Assembly (NCBI GenBank): GCA_964520545.1
Contig: CAZFOD010000001.1
Span: 57,969 to 121,968, forward strand
DNA: 64,000 nt
Source: an uncultured Candidatus Saccharibacteria bacterium
GTDB lineage: Bacteria; Patescibacteriota; Minisyncoccia; Phycocordibacterales; CAIZLB01
Direction of reading: 5' to 3'
Shown here: positions 48,844 through 58,543 of the stretch, piece after piece
How positions within the stretch are numbered: position 1 is the first letter of the stretch
Layout: each line of letters opens with the position of its first letter
Position numbers and translations under genes: made by a program
The notes under the pieces: generated by a model
Databases searched by the model: none
What the model saw: only the letters and a program-made list of their open reading frames with translations
What the model was told of the DNA's origin: nothing

Positions 48844-48968
48844 AGGGTTACTGGATATGTTAGCTTAGATTATTTTCAAAACAGGGAGGTCGAGTAGGTT
48901 ACAGCTTTGAGCTCTATCCTCAGACCACCCACCTAGATCACACTAGGTCTAACAATCACGGTAATCCT
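48844..48968 (+). ncRNA. Candidate compact 6S RNA
   Basis: Closing stem AGGGTTACTG/CGGTAATCCT plus TGTTAG/CTAACA, an AU-rich central bubble, and terminal stem GGGAGGTCGAG...CTCAGACCACCC. Promoter-like TTGCAA...CATAAT upstream and a hairpin at 48969-49010 downstream. Confidence 0.55.
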
Positions 48969-49064
48969 CGCGGAAACACCCGATGTCGAAAGGCACCGGG
49001 TGTTTGCGCGTCTGGATATTCATTTTTTTGTCGGAGGTTCTGGTGTGGGGTATAATTCAACGAT

Positions 49065-49481
49065 ATGTCACTACGTTCTAGATTTATCGCTGTCATAATT
49101 CTCATCATCATCCTTTTTTCGGTTGATATGATTGCCATAAAATTCTACCTTTACTGGTCATATGGATGGTTCGATAAATTTATGCATATCTTTGGGGGGT
49201 TCCTTGCTGGTAATATGGTTCTCATTGGTCGGCAGACAATGTTGCAGCGAAGGTCTAAAGCTCCAATGTCGAATTCTTCAGTCTTTTCCGTTGTGCTCTT
49301 TGGAGGACTTTTGGTGGGCATTTTGTGGGAGGCAATAGAGTTTTCATTTGGTATTTCAAAGCTTGGTCCGAATTTTGTTCCTGACACGATCATCGATCTC
49401 TCAATGGATCTCATAGGAATACTGATTGCATACATGACTTGGATAAAGATACCGCATAAAAATATAACAACACAAATATAA
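49065..49481 (+). CDS. Small integral membrane protein (DUF2238/VanZ-like)
   Basis: Four TM helices, WFDKFMHIFGG, LWEAIEF and DTIIDLSMDLIG. Confidence 0.75.
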   Translation: MSLRSRFIAVIILIIILFSVDMIAIKFYLYWSYGWFDKFMHIFGGFLAGNMVLIGRQTMLQRRSKAPMSNSSVFSVVLFGGLLVGILWEAIEFSFGISKLGPNFVPDTIIDLSMDLIGILIAYMTWIKIPHKNITTQI

Positions 49482-50926
49482 TGATTGATAACTCTGAAGC
49501 AATACAGAAGGATGGGAAGTTGAGACTTACATTCTGCGGGGGAGTAGGTTCCGTTACCGGAGCTAATTTTCTTCTTGAAGGCCCACACCAAGGTGGTGGT
49601 GTATTTAAAATTCTTGTTGATTGCGGTATGGAACAGGGAAATCCTACTGCTGATCAGTCGAACCATGCTCCGTTTGCATACGATCCCAAAACCGCTGACG
49701 TTTTGCTCATCACTCACGCTCACATGGATCATATCGGTAGGATAGGAAAGATATTGCATGATGGTTTTGTTGGAACAATATATTCAACACCTGAGACTCG
49801 AGAGCTCTCCACTCTCATGCTTGAAGATGCATTGAAATTAGCGACACAGGAAGCTGAGCAAAAAAAGATACCTGCAATGTTTACTGAGTCGGATATAAAG
49901 AAAGCATTCTCACTTTGGAAAACAATTCCATATCACACACCAACTATTCTTTCTCCAGGCTTCGAGGTGAATTTGAAAGACGCGGGACATGTGCTCGGCT
50001 CAACAATGTACGAATTGACCTACACTGCTCCAGAAGGAATTACCGACAAGAATGGTAAACCATACAAAAGAAAGATTGTTTTCACGGGGGATTTGGGTAA
50101 TAGTCCAACGCCACTTTTGAAGGATACTGAGGCCATTACAGACGCCGACTACCTACTCATGGAAAGCGTCTACGGAGACAGAAACCATGAAGATAGGGAA
50201 TTACGCCTCCAGAAGCTAGAACAGGCCATAGAGGCCAATATAGCTCGAAATGGGACCCTTCTCATACCATGCTTCTCCCTCGAAAAGACCCAGGAATTGC
50301 TCTATGAAATCCACAAGCTCTTTGACGAAAAGAAGCTCAGCCGAAGTCCTGTATATCTCGACTCTCCACTGGCTATTAAACTCACTGCCATGTACCAGAA
50401 GTTGAGGGGGCAGTTTAACGACGATGCTAAATCTGACCTTGCTCGAGGCCACGATATTTTCAATTTCCCAGGGCTTAAGATTGTAGAGAGTGCTGATGAG
50501 TCTAAATCCATAAAGTACGCACCAGCTCCAAAGATCATTCTTGCAGGATCAGGAATGTCTAACGGTGGGCGTATTCAACACCATGAACTTAATTACCTTA
50601 GTGATCCAAATACTACACTCCTTCTCATCGGATATCAGGCCGTGGGAACTTTAGGACGCCAGATTCAAGATGGATCTAAGAAGGTTGTCATCTACGGACA
50701 TGAGGTGACAGTAAACGCAGCAATTGATCATATTGATGGATATTCATCTCATAAAGATTCAGATCACCTCGTCGAATTCGTTGAGCACTGTGCTGAAAAA
50801 GTTAGACAAGTATTTGTCGTTATGGGAGAGACAAAGTCATCTCTTTTCCTAGTACAGAGACTTCGTGACTATCTTGGGGTTAACGCTAGTCATCCTAATG
50901 AAGGCGACACGGTAACGCTTGAGTAA
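49481..50926 (+). CDS. MBL-fold beta-CASP ribonuclease
   Basis: THAHMDHIG, AGHVLGS, MESVYG, GSGMSNGGRI, YSSHKD. Confidence 0.92.
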   Translation: MIDNSEAIQKDGKLRLTFCGGVGSVTGANFLLEGPHQGGGVFKILVDCGMEQGNPTADQSNHAPFAYDPKTADVLLITHAHMDHIGRIGKILHDGFVGTIYSTPETRELSTLMLEDALKLATQEAEQKKIPAMFTESDIKKAFSLWKTIPYHTPTILSPGFEVNLKDAGHVLGSTMYELTYTAPEGITDKNGKPYKRKIVFTGDLGNSPTPLLKDTEAITDADYLLMESVYGDRNHEDRELRLQKLEQAIEANIARNGTLLIPCFSLEKTQELLYEIHKLFDEKKLSRSPVYLDSPLAIKLTAMYQKLRGQFNDDAKSDLARGHDIFNFPGLKIVESADESKSIKYAPAPKIILAGSGMSNGGRIQHHELNYLSDPNTTLLLIGYQAVGTLGRQIQDGSKKVVIYGHEVTVNAAIDHIDGYSSHKDSDHLVEFVEHCAEKVRQVFVVMGETKSSLFLVQRLRDYLGVNASHPNEGDTVTLE

Positions 50927-50952
50927 TTTTGATTGGGTGCTATGGTACAACC

Positions 50953-51636
50953 ATGAGTTCGATACACAAATTTATTTCCATTTCAAAAGAGGTGGCGGCA
51001 TATATTAACGGTCTCTTAGATCGAAGTGAGAGTGCGAATATGAAAATGACAAGGGAAGACACCGAAGCCTTTGATCACGGAGAGATGCAAGCACCTGTAA
51101 GTCAGTTACGAGTGATTGTTTCCATTATGCACATGATTGGCGCACGTAAGGTTTTAGAAATAGGTACGTTTCGCGGTATGACAGCGGCGCGATTGGCACA
51201 AGCATTTCCGAAAGATATCATTGGGGCAAAGGTGGTTACCCTTGAGAAGGATCTTCGATCTGTCGATGAGCTTAAGCAACGTTGGGCAGACCTAGATGTA
51301 TCTGACAGAATTGAACTTCGAAGTGGTACTGCGACGGATTTGTTGGACAAGCTATCATCGGAAGTTTTGACCGACGGGTATTTTGATTTAGCCTTCATTG
51401 ATGCTGATAAGGAAAACTACCGTACATATGTTGAAAAGACTTTACCCCTGATGAGATCGAGAGGAGTAATACTAGTAGACAACACTCTTTGGGGAGGCGA
51501 CGTTGCTAATGCTAGTGCAGACTCTAACATCACAAAGAACATCCAGAATTTTAATACATGGGTCTTTGATAAGTTTGGTGTAAAAGCAAGTATTGTTCCA
51601 GCTTGGGACGGGATGACAATTATCGTTAAGGAATAG
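50953..51636 (+). CDS. Class I SAM-dependent O-methyltransferase (CCoAOMT/TrmR-like)
   Basis: VLEIGTFRG, FDLAFIDADKENY, VDNTLWGG. Confidence 0.9.
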   Translation: MSSIHKFISISKEVAAYINGLLDRSESANMKMTREDTEAFDHGEMQAPVSQLRVIVSIMHMIGARKVLEIGTFRGMTAARLAQAFPKDIIGAKVVTLEKDLRSVDELKQRWADLDVSDRIELRSGTATDLLDKLSSEVLTDGYFDLAFIDADKENYRTYVEKTLPLMRSRGVILVDNTLWGGDVANASADSNITKNIQNFNTWVFDKFGVKASIVPAWDGMTIIVKE

Positions 51637-51749
51637 GTGATTTAAACAATATAACAATGAAGATAACGGAACCATTTAAAGCTGAACCAGAATATGAAGA
51701 CGGTACTCTTATAGAGTTTATGGTTTAGACAAAAACTTAACGGATAAAA

Positions 51750-51941
51750 TTAATAAAATATTCCGTAACAGATAAACAATGACGTGTCCGTAAAATCTTC
51801 AATCCGCATAAATCCAAGACATTCTGGAGGGCGACCAGTTGATACCGGAAACCCAATGGTTTGGTCAGTCTTCGGATAAAAGAAAAATATGCCACCAATG
51901 ACGATCAAAATTATAATGAGAGTTTTTAAGGATTTTTTCAT
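51750..51941 (-). CDS. Small membrane protein
   Basis: MKK start, one TM helix and two Cys; 63 aa. Confidence 0.5.
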   Translation of the reverse strand: MKKSLKTLIIILIVIGGIFFFYPKTDQTIGFPVSTGRPPECLGFMRIEDFTDTSLFICYGIFY

Positions 51942-52052
51942 TGATTAATTTTAGCTTATCATTGGGAGACTGTCATTTATGAGGATGGTGGTGTCATAGA
52001 GTTTAGAATATTCCACAGGGGGAATGACTCCTCGCGTGATATAATTTGGGCT

Positions 52053-53030
52053 ATGAATATTTACGTTACCCGTCAGATTCCGCAGATCGGCATCGACATG
52101 TTAAAAGCGAAAGGATATACAGTTGTAGTTGGTGATGATAGGGAACCCCCATCAAAAAGGCGTCTTAAGAAGATGGTTTCAAAAAACAAGTACGATGCAG
52201 TTCTTACTCTCCTTACAGACCATATTGATGGGGAATTTTTTGATGTAGCGGGCTCACAGCTTAAGGTGGTTTCAAACTATGCTGTAGGATATGACAACTT
52301 TAACTTGAAGGATGCAGCTGATAGGGGAATTACACTAACAAACACAGTTGGTATTTCAAGTGATTGTGTTGCAGAGCATACTGTTGCCCTCATGCTCGCT
52401 CTCACGACACGTATCATTGAAGCAGACAGCTTTGTTAAAAGAGGAAAGTATAAGGGTTGGGACCCAATGATTTTCATCGGCACAGACCTGTGTGGTAAAA
52501 CCATTGGTCTCATTGGTGCGGGACACATTGGTGCACGAGTAGCAATGCATCTTGTGAAAGGATTTGAAGCTAAGGTCATTTACTACGATATTAAAAGAAA
52601 TGCTGATCTTGAGGCACAGGGAGCGCAATTCGTTGAAAAGCTTGAAGATGTATTGGTGCAGTCAGACATTGTGAGTCTTCACGTACCACTTCTTCCTTCA
52701 ACTCATCACCTGATAAACGAGGAACGATTAAAGATGATGAAGCCAACAGCATTCCTGATTAATACTTCTCGGGGCCCTGTCGTAGACGAAAAGGCACTTG
52801 TTGTCGCTCTCCAAAAAGGCGTCATCAAAGGAGCAGGCCTCGATGTATATGAAGACGAACCAAATCTTGCACGAGGATTAGTGAAGCTTCCAAATGTGGT
52901 TCTCACGCCACATATCGCTTCGGCGAGGGAAAGTGCTCGAAATCAAATGGCGGTAGTGGCTGCGCAGAATATAATTGACGTGCTGGAGGGTAATGAACCT
53001 AAGGGGAAAATAAAGACCGTGATATCATAA
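52053..53030 (+). CDS. D-2-hydroxyacid dehydrogenase (glyoxylate reductase/D-glycerate dehydrogenase-like)
   Basis: AVGYDN, GLIGAGHIG, INTSRGPVVDE, LDVYEDEP, TPHIAS. Confidence 0.93.
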   Translation: MNIYVTRQIPQIGIDMLKAKGYTVVVGDDREPPSKRRLKKMVSKNKYDAVLTLLTDHIDGEFFDVAGSQLKVVSNYAVGYDNFNLKDAADRGITLTNTVGISSDCVAEHTVALMLALTTRIIEADSFVKRGKYKGWDPMIFIGTDLCGKTIGLIGAGHIGARVAMHLVKGFEAKVIYYDIKRNADLEAQGAQFVEKLEDVLVQSDIVSLHVPLLPSTHHLINEERLKMMKPTAFLINTSRGPVVDEKALVVALQKGVIKGAGLDVYEDEPNLARGLVKLPNVVLTPHIASARESARNQMAVVAAQNIIDVLEGNEPKGKIKTVIS

Positions 53031-53034
53031 ACAA

Positions 53035-53700
53035 ATGCCAAAGTTCAATTTACATAATAACGATAAGCACAATCATCTCGTTCACAAGATTGGGGTTTCT
53101 GGTGCAGCAGATGTTGCTTTTCTCGGGCCTGAAGCATTAGAAATCGCGAAGGAGCTTGGAAGAGAAATTGCGAGACAAGATGTTGTGATGCTCTCAGGTG
53201 CGACAACAGGTTTTCCATATTGGGCAGCTGTTGGTTGCAAAGAGGAACACGGAATCTCCATTGGCTTTTCACCTGCAGAAGGTCCAAGAGAACATCAGGA
53301 AGTATATCGACTTCCTGTCGACTATATGGATCTCATCATTTATACAGGATTTGGATACAACGGACGAGACCTTCTTTTCACTCGCTCTACTGATGCTGTA
53401 GTCATTGGTCCTGGAAGAATTGGCACCATTCATGAATTTACCATTGCATACGAAGACGGTAAGCCAATAGGTATTTTGGAAGGAGAGGGTAAATGGCAGA
53501 CAGATGAAGTAATTAAGAACATCCTTGAAAAGAGTCATCGAATTAATCCTAAGATTGTGTTTGATAAGGATCCAAAGGCTCTCATTGCTAAACTGAAATT
53601 GATGATAGACGCAGACAAAAATATGCTCAGGTCATATGAAAGTGCTGCGGAGCCGACTGGTATTGATGCTCCGATAAAGAACAGGGAACGGATCATGTAG
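53035..53700 (+). CDS. SLOG/LOG-superfamily protein (TIGR00725-like)
   Basis: IGVSGA, ELGREIA, IYTGFG..GRD, GRIGTIHEF. Confidence 0.8.
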   Translation: MPKFNLHNNDKHNHLVHKIGVSGAADVAFLGPEALEIAKELGREIARQDVVMLSGATTGFPYWAAVGCKEEHGISIGFSPAEGPREHQEVYRLPVDYMDLIIYTGFGYNGRDLLFTRSTDAVVIGPGRIGTIHEFTIAYEDGKPIGILEGEGKWQTDEVIKNILEKSHRINPKIVFDKDPKALIAKLKLMIDADKNMLRSYESAAEPTGIDAPIKNRERIM

Positions 53701-53702
53701 TT

Positions 53703-53740
53703 AAAACAAAAACACCCAGCATGTGCTGGGTGTTTTTGTT
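53703..53740. terminator. Bidirectional terminator
   Basis: AACAAAAACACCCAGCA-TG-TGCTGGGTGTTTTTGTT. Confidence 0.8.
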
Positions 53741-53747
53741 AGGTGAT

Positions 53748-54092
53748 TTACATTACCTGCTTAACGAGTCTTTCGAATGAAGCCGGAACATTCATCGCAA
53801 GGTCTGCGAGAATCTTTCGGTCTACTTCGATATTCTTTTTCTTAAGAGCGCCGATGAAGGTGCTGTAAGTTGCTCCGAGAGGGCGGAGTGCTGCGTTGAT
53901 TCGAACATTCCAGAGTCTTCGGAAGTCTCCTTTCTTATCTCGTCGATGAGAAAATGCTGCTGCATATGAATGAACGAGCTGTTCGTATGCCAATCGCTCC
54001 TTATTCTTTCGTCCGTTTCTGAAACCTTTAGCCTGTTTGAGAATGTTTCGTCGGGTCTTTGCCGCATGAACACCTTTTTTTACTCGTACCAT
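53748..54092 (-). CDS. rplT: 50S ribosomal protein L20
   Basis: RVKKG, FRRLWNVRINAA, DRKILADLA. Confidence 0.97.
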   Translation of the reverse strand: MVRVKKGVHAAKTRRNILKQAKGFRNGRKNKERLAYEQLVHSYAAAFSHRRDKKGDFRRLWNVRINAALRPLGATYSTFIGALKKKNIEVDRKILADLAMNVPASFERLVKQVM

Positions 54093-54124
54093 AGTAGTTA
54101 AATATTAGAAGATAGTAAGGAGGA

Positions 54125-54316
54125 CTAGATAGAAGAATTAGACAAGAATCGAGACTTGTCTTTATTCGTCATGTGGAATGCAGTTGTTCGAGCCTTACCA
54201 AGCTGCTTTCGACCACTTTCCTTTGAGTTAAAGTGGTTCTGACCGGCCTTGCGAGAGATGATCTTACCGTTTTTGGTGACCTTCAATCGCTTGCTGAATG
54301 ATTTGTTGGTTTTCAT
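54125..54316 (-). CDS. rpmI: 50S ribosomal protein L35
   Basis: MKTNKSFSKRLKVTKNGK, located between infC and rplT. Confidence 0.93.
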   Translation of the reverse strand: MKTNKSFSKRLKVTKNGKIISRKAGQNHFNSKESGRKQLGKARTTAFHMTNKDKSRFLSNSSI

Positions 54317-54407
54317 GTGTTTACGCGAGGCGTCGTCTCTTTAGGACGAACTTACGCATCTGCCTTGTTGTTTAACTTATAAATTCGAATCTCCAGAAAA
54401 GGGTGGT

Positions 54408-54920
54408 TTACGCCTTTTCTATAAGAATAGTCATGCCTTTTGGACTTTTGACTGCTGGGCCAGCTACATTGTAGTCGACCGTAAGCAGTTTAAGGAGGCG
54501 GTCCATTCTCTCTCTGAGGAACTTCTCATCGAGATACTTGGTTCGGCCGGGGAGGAAAAGGTCCATCTTGATTCGATGGCCTTCCGTGAGCCACTCTGAG
54601 GCCTTTTTAGCCTTGAGAGTGAGATCGTGCTCGCCGGTACCGATTTTGACCTGGAGACTCTTGACTTCAACAACCTTCGCTTTAGCTTTCGAAGCCTTTA
54701 GCTTCTTGTTTTCGTCGTATTGGAATTTACCATAATCCATGATTTTTGCAACCGGTGGATTGGCTTTTGGAGAGATTTCGATTAGATCAAGACCAGCGTC
54801 CCGAGCCCTAGATAGAGCCTCGGAAATGCTGATAACCCCGATGTTTTCGCCCTCTGCTCCGATAACTCGGACTTCTGGGACCCTGATTTGATGATTGATG
54901 CGTACTGAAGGAATCGACAA
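54408..54920 (-). CDS. infC: Translation initiation factor IF-3
   Basis: INHQIR..EVRVI, LDLIEISP...PPVAKIMDYGKF. Non-ATG start (TTG 54920 or ATT 54914). Confidence 0.95.
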   Translation of the reverse strand: MSIPSVRINHQIRVPEVRVIGAEGENIGVISISEALSRARDAGLDLIEISPKANPPVAKIMDYGKFQYDENKKLKASKAKAKVVEVKSLQVKIGTGEHDLTLKAKKASEWLTEGHRIKMDLFLPGRTKYLDEKFLRERMDRLLKLLTVDYNVAGPAVKSPKGMTILIEKA

Positions 54921-55079
54921 TGTGGTGTGATTTAGTAAGGGTAATATAGCACAAAAGTAAAGAATATCAAAGGAAAGAGGGGAATTTTGTCTGATAAATT
55001 GACTTATCGATGAAAGGTTGTATAGTTTTTCTCAGACGCGGGATTACCTCGCCTCATAACCTTAACAAAGGAGTCCTTA

Positions 55080-55610
55080 TTGAAAATTCTCTATGCTCTT
55101 GATCGGTGGGTGCTCGAACGAGTGTTTGAGCGCTTTTCTCGCTGGTTCCAGCGAATGACTGGTAAAAACTGTTTTTGGCTCGCGAGGCTGACCTGCCTCA
55201 TTATCTTGGCTGGAATAATTTGCGAGATCGTACTCCAGCCATTTTGGGCTGAAAGTATTCCCAGAATCTTGGTTATCTTTACGCAAGGAGTTTTTTACAA
55301 GGTAACGATACCAATTATCGAGGAGCAGGTTACATCCTCGTTACGAAGGTCACTGCGCAATCACAGGGTTAAAACTTTGCGAAAGCAGAGGATTGGCGCC
55401 CTGGTCCTATTCATGGTAGTGATGGAGGAAGTTTCTCGATCTGGTTTTGTCGATCTTGGTATCTTGTGTCTCGCGCCTTGTTACCTGGCGCAGTTCTATT
55501 TTATCTGCTGCACGCCGCTTCCTCCTGGAATGAGTAAGATTCGCCAGGGCGTTCAACGTTTAAGGGAATTGTTTATCTCTCAGCCGGAGAGTCTTCCTGC
55601 ACCTGCTTAA
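55080..55610 (+). CDS. Hypothetical membrane protein
   Basis: SD AAGGAG, TTG start, about four hydrophobic segments, own promoter at about 54999-55026 and a hairpin at 55648-55676. Confidence 0.65.
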   Translation: MKILYALDRWVLERVFERFSRWFQRMTGKNCFWLARLTCLIILAGIICEIVLQPFWAESIPRILVIFTQGVFYKVTIPIIEEQVTSSLRRSLRNHRVKTLRKQRIGALVLFMVVMEEVSRSGFVDLGILCLAPCYLAQFYFICCTPLPPGMSKIRQGVQRLRELFISQPESLPAPA

Positions 55611-55688
55611 CCAAGAGTTTGCCTTTCTGTCGATTGAAAGGCCACGCACCCGCGTCATTGTTTTGACGGCGGGTGTTTAGTTTATATA

Positions 55689-56771
55689 TTACAAAAACTT
55701 TCTAATTGGCCATACCAGTATCTCAAGGAATTGTGAGAAGTATGATCGTCGTTGCCACATTTCAAGTGTCAGTTCGTCTGCATGTTGTAAATCGTTGGTG
55801 AAATGGCCGCCAATCTCTGTAGCAAAGTGGTGGTTTAGCGCGACAATGCCGGACTCGAAGTTATATCTCAAGCTAATGTTGTCGAGGTTTAGTGTTCCTA
55901 CCATCGCCCAATCACCATCTATGACAGCGGTCTTTGTATGAATCATATCTCTGTAACGATGTATGCGAATGCCGCTAGAGAGAACTTTGTGAAAATATGT
56001 ATGAGAACCCCTGTCGACTACAGGATGGTCGGAATTGTTTGGAATTAGAATACGAACATTAACTCCTCGTTTACGTGCAAGAATTAATACACGAAGTAGT
56101 CGGTTATCCGGAAGGAAATATGGAGTGGTGAGGTACACATATCTTTGTGACTGACGAATTGCTTCTATGAGTCTTCGATACAGATATCTTTGGCGGGGAA
56201 GTGGAGCTTGTGTCAGGAAACTAAATCCCTCAAGATTTATTTTCGCCCTATCTCCCATGCGTAGAGTTTTCTTGTGAGCCTGTCTCCACATTCTTTCAAA
56301 CGGTGCTTGTGCTTGAGTTATTATATCGCCAGTCATTTCAATGGTTGTTTCCCTCCAATATTTCATTGGATCTCCGATGCACACTCCACCGGTGAAAAAT
56401 ATTTTCTTGTCGATGATGAGTGTCCGTCTGTGATCTCGGAAATACCACGTACGTTTGTTTCCTCTAGAGAAAGGGAATATCCAATTGAAGAAATGCACTT
56501 CGATACCTGCTCGTTCCATTGCTTCAAGGTACATAGATTGTCCTAACCCTACACTCCCCATTGCATCAACAAGAAGCCTTACTTTTACCCCTGCTTGCGC
56601 TCTCTGTATTAATGCTTCGATAAATTGCCTTCCAATATTGTCTGGTGCAATGTTGAATTGCTCGAAGTCGATTGTTTTTTCAGCCTTGAGAATGGAAGAG
56701 AGCATAGCCTCCCACGCATGGTGGGTGGTTGTGTAGAATTTCCACGTTGTTGGATTCTCTATATCGTTCAT
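55689..56771 (-). CDS. Cardiolipin synthase-like phospholipase D
   Basis: Two HKD-type motifs (DHRRTLIID...GG; HTKTAVIDG...GTLNLD..S...NFE) and TPYFLP. Confidence 0.88.
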   Translation of the reverse strand: MNDIENPTTWKFYTTTHHAWEAMLSSILKAEKTIDFEQFNIAPDNIGRQFIEALIQRAQAGVKVRLLVDAMGSVGLGQSMYLEAMERAGIEVHFFNWIFPFSRGNKRTWYFRDHRRTLIIDKKIFFTGGVCIGDPMKYWRETTIEMTGDIITQAQAPFERMWRQAHKKTLRMGDRAKINLEGFSFLTQAPLPRQRYLYRRLIEAIRQSQRYVYLTTPYFLPDNRLLRVLILARKRGVNVRILIPNNSDHPVVDRGSHTYFHKVLSSGIRIHRYRDMIHTKTAVIDGDWAMVGTLNLDNISLRYNFESGIVALNHHFATEIGGHFTNDLQHADELTLEMWQRRSYFSQFLEILVWPIRKFL

Positions 56772-56839
56772 TGTATTAGTGTACAAGAAATGCTCTTTAA
56801 GGCCACTGACTTTTTGATAAATCAGATATATCGTATAAT

Positions 56840-57571
56840 GTGATGAATATGGTAGCTATATTCATCATCCTCACATTCATTGTGACATTCATTGGCGGAC
56901 TAGTCGGTCTTCGTTTTAAAGACCGTATGCATACAATTCTCGGCTTTACCGCTGGAGTTCTTTTGGCGGTTGTTGCGTTCGATATTCTTCCTGAAATATT
57001 CGAGTTAGCGAGTTCAACAGGTGCAGGGCTTGAGATGCCGATGATTGCTCTTGTTGTAGGGTTCCTCATTTTCCATATTGCTGAAAAGGTATTGCTCATT
57101 CATCATTCGCACGAGAAAAACTACGGGGAACACAAGCATCCAACAGTAGGAGTGTTTTCAGCTCTCGCTCTCTCAGCACATTCATTTCTCGATGGTGTTG
57201 GTATCGGTCTTGGTTTCCAGATTTCACCAGAGGTAGGTATTGTTGTTGCGATTGCGGTGCTTGCACATGATTTTTCCGATGGACTTAACACCGTATCATT
57301 GATGATTGCTCATAAAAATACAGATAAGAAAACACTTGCCTTGCTTTTCGTTGATGCTCTCGCACCTGTTTTAGGAGGTCTTTCCACTCTTTTCTTCACC
57401 CTCTCAGATCAAGCGCTCCTTGGATATCTTGGTTTCTTTGCAGGTTTCCTCTTGTATATCGGCGCATCAGACATTTTACCTGAGGCGCATAGTAAAGATT
57501 CGTCATTGCGTACTGTATTTGCCACTATTTTCGGGGTGTTGTTCATATTTCTCGTTTCGAGAGCGTTGTAG
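56840..57571 (+). CDS. ZIP family metal transporter
   Basis: HHSHE...EHKH loop, HSFLDG and HDFSDG; about eight TM helices. Start uncertain. Confidence 0.9.
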   Translation: MMNMVAIFIILTFIVTFIGGLVGLRFKDRMHTILGFTAGVLLAVVAFDILPEIFELASSTGAGLEMPMIALVVGFLIFHIAEKVLLIHHSHEKNYGEHKHPTVGVFSALALSAHSFLDGVGIGLGFQISPEVGIVVAIAVLAHDFSDGLNTVSLMIAHKNTDKKTLALLFVDALAPVLGGLSTLFFTLSDQALLGYLGFFAGFLLYIGASDILPEAHSKDSSLRTVFATIFGVLFIFLVSRAL

Positions 57572-57587
57572 GTGATATAATAAAGGT

Positions 57588-58004
57588 ATGAGAAGTCAAA
57601 ACTTTGGTGCGATGGAGTCGCCTGTAACAAATGAAACAGGTCGACGAAAAATTCTAAGAAATCAGCTCATTTCTATGGTGCGTGAATTGTCTGAGCGTGG
57701 CATTACTGATTTTAGTAAACAGAATGATCCTGGGGTTGGTACTGCGATGGAAAAGTTTCAAGAGTATGCAGAAACAGCTAATGGTATAGAGGATCCTGAA
57801 GAGAAGCTTCGAGCATTTCTCGAAGAATACATGCTTATGTTTGATGCAGGGTTGGTTGTGGACAAGGATAGATTAGCTACGCTTGATGCGGAGCTCGACT
57901 CAGACTACCTCTCAAGGGCGAGAGAAGACAACTTCATTGGTTTGGAGCAAGATGTACTGGCGTATAAAAAGGCGATAGGTGAGAAGTTGAGTCAAATAAG
58001 GTAA
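57588..58004 (+). CDS. Hypothetical acidic helical protein
   Basis: 138-aa ORF with TATAAT 6 nt upstream of the ATG. Confidence 0.65.
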   Translation: MRSQNFGAMESPVTNETGRRKILRNQLISMVRELSERGITDFSKQNDPGVGTAMEKFQEYAETANGIEDPEEKLRAFLEEYMLMFDAGLVVDKDRLATLDAELDSDYLSRAREDNFIGLEQDVLAYKKAIGEKLSQIR

Positions 58005-58045
58005 AAGAACAGACGGTCGGCACAAGAGCACCGACCGTCTTAACT

Positions 58046-58435
58046 TCACGTGAAATTCTCTCGGGGTTTTTCCGGAGGAAGTTCAACGACAAGGTCTCGT
58101 GTTCCAGGTTCTGGGAAGGGAATTGCACCTTTTGGGTACAGCTGACACAACCCAAGTCCGTTGACAGAGAACTCCACGACACCGGTCTCTTTCATGTTGA
58201 GGTTTTCAAGTTCGACATGGAGAGGCTTGTCAGTATGTGCGTGGGAACTCCACGCGCCTTCTTCACGAATTTTGCATTCGTACCAGCCGCCACTGACTTC
58301 AATTGTGACGCACGGCCCGTTGATTTTCAGGGAACTTATTTTTGCCCATTCCATGAACTTCTTTCCTTGTGTCAGAATCACTCCACCGACGAAACGGTCG
58401 TCGTGGATCCAGGACAGATTTTTTTTATTGTGCAT
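58046..58435 (-). CDS. Hypothetical protein
   Basis: SD GAGG upstream; converges on a hairpin at 58010-58041. Confidence 0.55.
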   Translation of the reverse strand: MHNKKNLSWIHDDRFVGGVILTQGKKFMEWAKISSLKINGPCVTIEVSGGWYECKIREEGAWSSHAHTDKPLHVELENLNMKETGVVEFSVNGLGLCQLYPKGAIPFPEPGTRDLVVELPPEKPRENFT

Positions 58436-58543
58436 ATCAAACTTCCTCGGTAACTAAGGTTGGGTTTAGGGTTTGTACGTCAGGATTTGAACCTAGAGCG
58501 TATCTAAATTTCTATACTATATGACTTTTGGTATAAAGCAAAA

